Assembly (NCBI GenBank): GCA_041742965.1
Contig: JBGTNQ010000002.1
Span: forward strand, 1-50,135
Origin: Minisyncoccia bacterium
Lineage (GTDB): Bacteria; Patescibacteriota; Minisyncoccia; Phycocordibacterales; Zambryskibacteraceae
DNA: 50,135 nt
Direction: 5' to 3'
Under the pieces are notes generated by a model. It made no database searches and had not been told where the DNA came from. It worked only from the letters and a program-made list of their open reading frames with translations. Positions 46,741-50,135 of this stretch are shown in pieces (within the stretch, counting starts at the first letter, position 1; the number at the start of each line of letters is the position of its first letter). Both the position numbers and the translations under genes were made by a program.

Positions 46741-47769
46741 ATGAATGTAAAGATTATAGGCGCTGGTTCCATTGGCAATCATTTATCTCACGCAGCTAGA
46801 AATATGGGATGGGATGTTTCGGTGACAGATGTTTCAGAGGAAGCTTTGGAAAGAATGAGCAAGGAAATTTATCCTTCTAGATACGGGGGATGGGATGAGA
46901 ATATTAAGCTCTTTAGGGCATCTGAAGAGCCGAAAGGTTCTTTCGATTTGATAATAATAGGTACTCCTCCGGATACACACTTAGAAATTGCATTGCAAGC
47001 AATGCAGGAAAACCCGAATGTTCTTCTTATAGAGAAACCTCTTTGTGATCCATTTTCACCCATTTTCAAAAGTTTTAAAGAAGCCGTGACTAAATCTGAC
47101 ACAAAGGTTGTTGTTGGATATAACCACTCTGTTACGCCCTCTGTAGAATACGCTGTAAAAAATTTGAATAAGAATGTAATAGGGGAACCAATTTCACTAG
47201 ATGTTGAGTTTAGAGAGGATTGGGAGGGTATTTTTAAGGCTCACCCGTGGCTTGAAGGACCACACGATTCCTATTTAGGATTTTCTAATAGGGGTGGAGG
47301 GGCATCTGGTGAGCACTCCCACGCGCTTCATTTGGGGCTGTATTTAGCAGAAAGTGTTGGTTTGCCGAGTTCACCAAATGATTTTTATTTTGAAAAGTAT
47401 TGCCCAGAAGGAAAAGATTATGACAGTGTTGCTTTATTTAGATCAATGGTTAATGGGAAAAGAACAAATATCGTTCAAGACCTTATAGTTAAACCGCACA
47501 GAAAATGGTTTCGTGTTCAGGGGTCCGAGGGGTCTGTTGAATGGCATGGAGTAGTTGAAATTAAAGATGGTGAAAAAGGGGATCGGGTGTTAATAGAATC
47601 AAAAGATAAATCTGTTCAAGTAAAAGATTTTGTTATGAAACGTCCAGATTATTTTATACCAGAGATGAAGCATATTTCCGGTATAATTGATGGGTCAATA
47701 TCTTATGAAAATTCTCCACTGAATCTGAAGTTTGGTATAGATGTTACAGATATTCTTGCTAAAAAATAG
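46741..47769 (+). CDS. Gfo/Idh/MocA-like NAD(P)-dependent oxidoreductase
   Basis: MNVKIIGAGSIGNH Rossmann motif and the LIEKP motif. Confidence 0.65.
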   Translation: MNVKIIGAGSIGNHLSHAARNMGWDVSVTDVSEEALERMSKEIYPSRYGGWDENIKLFRASEEPKGSFDLIIIGTPPDTHLEIALQAMQENPNVLLIEKPLCDPFSPIFKSFKEAVTKSDTKVVVGYNHSVTPSVEYAVKNLNKNVIGEPISLDVEFREDWEGIFKAHPWLEGPHDSYLGFSNRGGGASGEHSHALHLGLYLAESVGLPSSPNDFYFEKYCPEGKDYDSVALFRSMVNGKRTNIVQDLIVKPHRKWFRVQGSEGSVEWHGVVEIKDGEKGDRVLIESKDKSVQVKDFVMKRPDYFIPEMKHISGIIDGSISYENSPLNLKFGIDVTDILAKK

Positions 47770-47827
47770 ATTACTTTCAGGAATTCTTTACTAGCAGTAG
47801 TAATAGATTACTGATATAGTTTTTCAT

Positions 47828-50014
47828 ATGATTTCCAATCAATCCCTTCGGAATATGATACTGGTCGGTCTGTTTGCTATTCCTTTTCTTGCCTTCTTCG
47901 TTTCCAAGTCAATGCTCTTCCCATTCATATCGGGAAAGAATTTTGGTTTTAGGATTATTACAGAGATAATTTTTGTGCTTTGGGCAATCCTGGCCATAAA
48001 GGACGCTGAGTATATGCCGAAGAAGTCTTGGGTGCTGTATTCATTTATGCTTTTCATAGGTTTTTTGGGTTTGGCAAATCTTTTTGGTGAAAATCCAAAC
48101 AAGGCCTTTTGGAGTAATTTTGAAAGGATGGAGGGTTTTATAACCTCTATTCATCTGTTTTTGTATTTCCTAGTTCTATCTTCTGTCGCTTTTGTTAAAA
48201 AAACTTGGGACCAACTACTGGGCACTTGGATAGGTGTGTCTGTCGTCATGTGTATTTTTGGTCTCGTCCAACTCGCCGGTCTCGCTGTAATAAACCAAGG
48301 AGGAGCCCGAGTAGATGGAACATTTGGCAATGCAATTTATCTGGCTGTGTTTTTGATGTTTACTTTTTTCTTCACAGCTTTCTTCATGGTTCGCTTTCTG
48401 GGTGGCAAAAAATCTCTCGCTTGGTTTTTGGTTCCCATTGGTGTTTTGCAATTTGTTATTCTCTACTACACAGCAACTCGTGGAGCCCTCTTGGGCCTCT
48501 TGGGCGGACTATTTACAGCGACGGTTATAATCGCTATAGGAGAGAAGCAGAACAAGTTTATAAAAAAGATGGCCATAGGCTCTCTGGCTTTTCTGTTTTT
48601 GATCGTCGGAGGATTCTGGGCTATCAAAGATACAGGCTTTGTTAAAGAGAGTCCGGTTCTGGCTAGATTTTCTGAGATATCGCTTTCAGAGATAAAGACA
48701 CAGGGTAGATACTTTATTTGGCCGATGGCTATCAAGGGCATTGGAGAGAGACCTCTTTTGGGTTGGGGGCAGGAGGGTTTCAGTTATATATTCAACACGA
48801 ACTATAATCCTCTAATGTATGCGCATGAGCAGTGGTTTGATAGGGCACACAACACACTTCTAGACTGGCTTGTCGCTGGGGGCCTTTTGACTTTTATTCC
48901 ATACATGGCTCTTTTTGTTTTCTCCCTCTTTTATTTGTGGAAGCACGATAATTTTAATTTCTCTTTTGCAGAAAAGGCGGTCCTGACTGGGCTTGTGGCC
49001 GGATATTTTTTCCAAAGTATTTTTGTATTTGATAATCTATTTAGCTCCATTCTCCTTGTTTCTGTATTGGCGCTCGCACATGCAAATTCACAAAAAGAAA
49101 GAATGACCTTGCCTGGCTCTCTTAAGATACCCTCTGTTCAAAATGCAATAAGTTTGGTTTTGATTTGTATCCTCGTGACCACCCTCTATTTTTGGAATGT
49201 GAAGCCGATCCAAGCAGGCAGGAATCTGATAAAGGGGATGTCCGCCGTTCAGCAGGGCAACATGGACAGTTCGCTAGATTATTTTGAAAAGGTTTTCAGC
49301 TCTGGCACCTTCGCCGTATCTGAGGCCAGAGAGCAGTTCATATCTATAGCAGGGAGATATCTTTCTCAGGATGTACCAGAGGATATCCGTGTTAGATACG
49401 CCAGCTTGGCCAGACAGGAAGCAGAAAGGCATGTGAAGAAATATCCAAATGACGCCAGAGGGCGGGTTTTCTATGGCAACCTTCTTCGTTCAATGGGCTT
49501 GAATGACCAAGCTCTCGAACAGTACGGAAAAGCCCTAGAACTTTCACCAAATAAACAAACCTTTCTTTTTGAAATTGGTTCTAGTCTGATAAATAAAGGG
49601 GAGTATCAGATGGCTTATGAAGTTTTGGAGCAGGCCTATGAATTGGCACCAGACTTTTATCAAGCTCAGGTAATATATTTGTTTGGTGCTTTGTATGCGG
49701 GTGATAATGCAAAAGTTGTTGAACTATTGGGAACTATAAATAATGATGAGTTAATATTTGACGAGAGATTGGTAAGTGTCTTGGCAGATTTGGAGAGGTT
49801 CGAAGATTTGGTAGCGTTGTTTGAAGCGAGACTTTTGACAGAGAGGGGCGCGGGGGTTCTGCAAAACTTTATTTCTCTATCGTCAGTTTATGTTGAGATG
49901 GGGCAGTATCAGAAAGCTATAGATTTGTTGCGGGGGGTTGCGGATAAGAATCCTGAAGTTAGAACTCAAATGGAAGGATATATCGAAGAGATAAATATGA
50001 TTAGGGGGAGATAA
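47828..50014 (+). CDS. O-antigen ligase/polymerase-like (Wzy_C) membrane protein fused to C-terminal TPR repeats
   Basis: 728 aa, roughly 12 TM segments. YYTATRGALLG and WGQEGF...HNTLLDWL are present, and the last 270 aa or so are TPR-like. Confidence 0.7.
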   Translation: MISNQSLRNMILVGLFAIPFLAFFVSKSMLFPFISGKNFGFRIITEIIFVLWAILAIKDAEYMPKKSWVLYSFMLFIGFLGLANLFGENPNKAFWSNFERMEGFITSIHLFLYFLVLSSVAFVKKTWDQLLGTWIGVSVVMCIFGLVQLAGLAVINQGGARVDGTFGNAIYLAVFLMFTFFFTAFFMVRFLGGKKSLAWFLVPIGVLQFVILYYTATRGALLGLLGGLFTATVIIAIGEKQNKFIKKMAIGSLAFLFLIVGGFWAIKDTGFVKESPVLARFSEISLSEIKTQGRYFIWPMAIKGIGERPLLGWGQEGFSYIFNTNYNPLMYAHEQWFDRAHNTLLDWLVAGGLLTFIPYMALFVFSLFYLWKHDNFNFSFAEKAVLTGLVAGYFFQSIFVFDNLFSSILLVSVLALAHANSQKERMTLPGSLKIPSVQNAISLVLICILVTTLYFWNVKPIQAGRNLIKGMSAVQQGNMDSSLDYFEKVFSSGTFAVSEAREQFISIAGRYLSQDVPEDIRVRYASLARQEAERHVKKYPNDARGRVFYGNLLRSMGLNDQALEQYGKALELSPNKQTFLFEIGSSLINKGEYQMAYEVLEQAYELAPDFYQAQVIYLFGALYAGDNAKVVELLGTINNDELIFDERLVSVLADLERFEDLVALFEARLLTERGAGVLQNFISLSSVYVEMGQYQKAIDLLRGVADKNPEVRTQMEGYIEEINMIRGR

Positions 50015-50135
50015 GGGGGAAGGTGGAATTGCGAAAATAGAAAATAGAAAGAAGAAAAAAAGAAAAGGGGAAGAAGGGTGAATGAGGAAGGGTGAATGGG
50101 GGAAAGAAGAAAAACCAAAGTAGAAAGAAGGGGGG
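50015..50135 (+). repeat. Polypurine (A/G) low-complexity tract truncated by the window end
   Basis: About 120 nt that are almost entirely A/G on the plus strand, with internal repeats gaagggtgaatg x2 and aaaatag x2. Confidence 0.8.

Overview
This is an AT-rich bacterial fragment whose native genes lack Shine-Dalgarno (SD) sequences. The gene content and rRNA oddities fit a Candidate Phyla Radiation (Parcubacteria-like) organism, but that assignment is inference. The window holds three blocks. (1) 0.1-7.5 kb: secreted surface proteins, a RayT/IS200-like transposase flanked by inverted hairpins, rplJ-rplL with a structured leader, and a membrane protein. (2) 7.5-24.4 kb: an unlinked rRNA locus. 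The order is 23S, tRNA-Lys, an atypical tRNA-Arg-like gene, then 5S at 7.9-12.4 kb. Envelope genes follow (vWA protein, SEDS FtsW/RodA, GT4, phosphosugar transferase, secD, secF). The 16S lies at 21.7-23.3 kb and tRNA-Ile at 24.3 kb. (3) 24.5-50 kb: membrane proteins, murD, a VirD4/TraG-like ATPase, and a roughly 19 kb surface-glycan cluster with GT4s, methyltransferases, a Wzx flippase, a nonulosonic-acid module and an O-antigen-ligase-TPR protein. The most unusual observations are these. (a) An intact 5S gene sits inside loop C of a second, split 5S gene whose halves still co-vary. (b) The 23S carries two interruptions at classical intron sites (by my alignment L1931 and L2593); the second has a recognisable ORF-less group I core. 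(c) A dispersed family of about 35-bp heptad-periodic AGCTNNN arrays occurs in-frame in two unrelated glycosyltransferases, directly after stop codons, and in the intron. (d) The 16S 3' tail lacks CCUCC and native genes lack SD sequences, yet several small GC-rich, terminator-bounded cassettes carry strong AGGAGG sites. (e) A GC-rich promoter-to-terminator sRNA candidate lies antisense between secF and the 16S promoter. All coordinates and classifications are by-eye calls and need computational confirmation.
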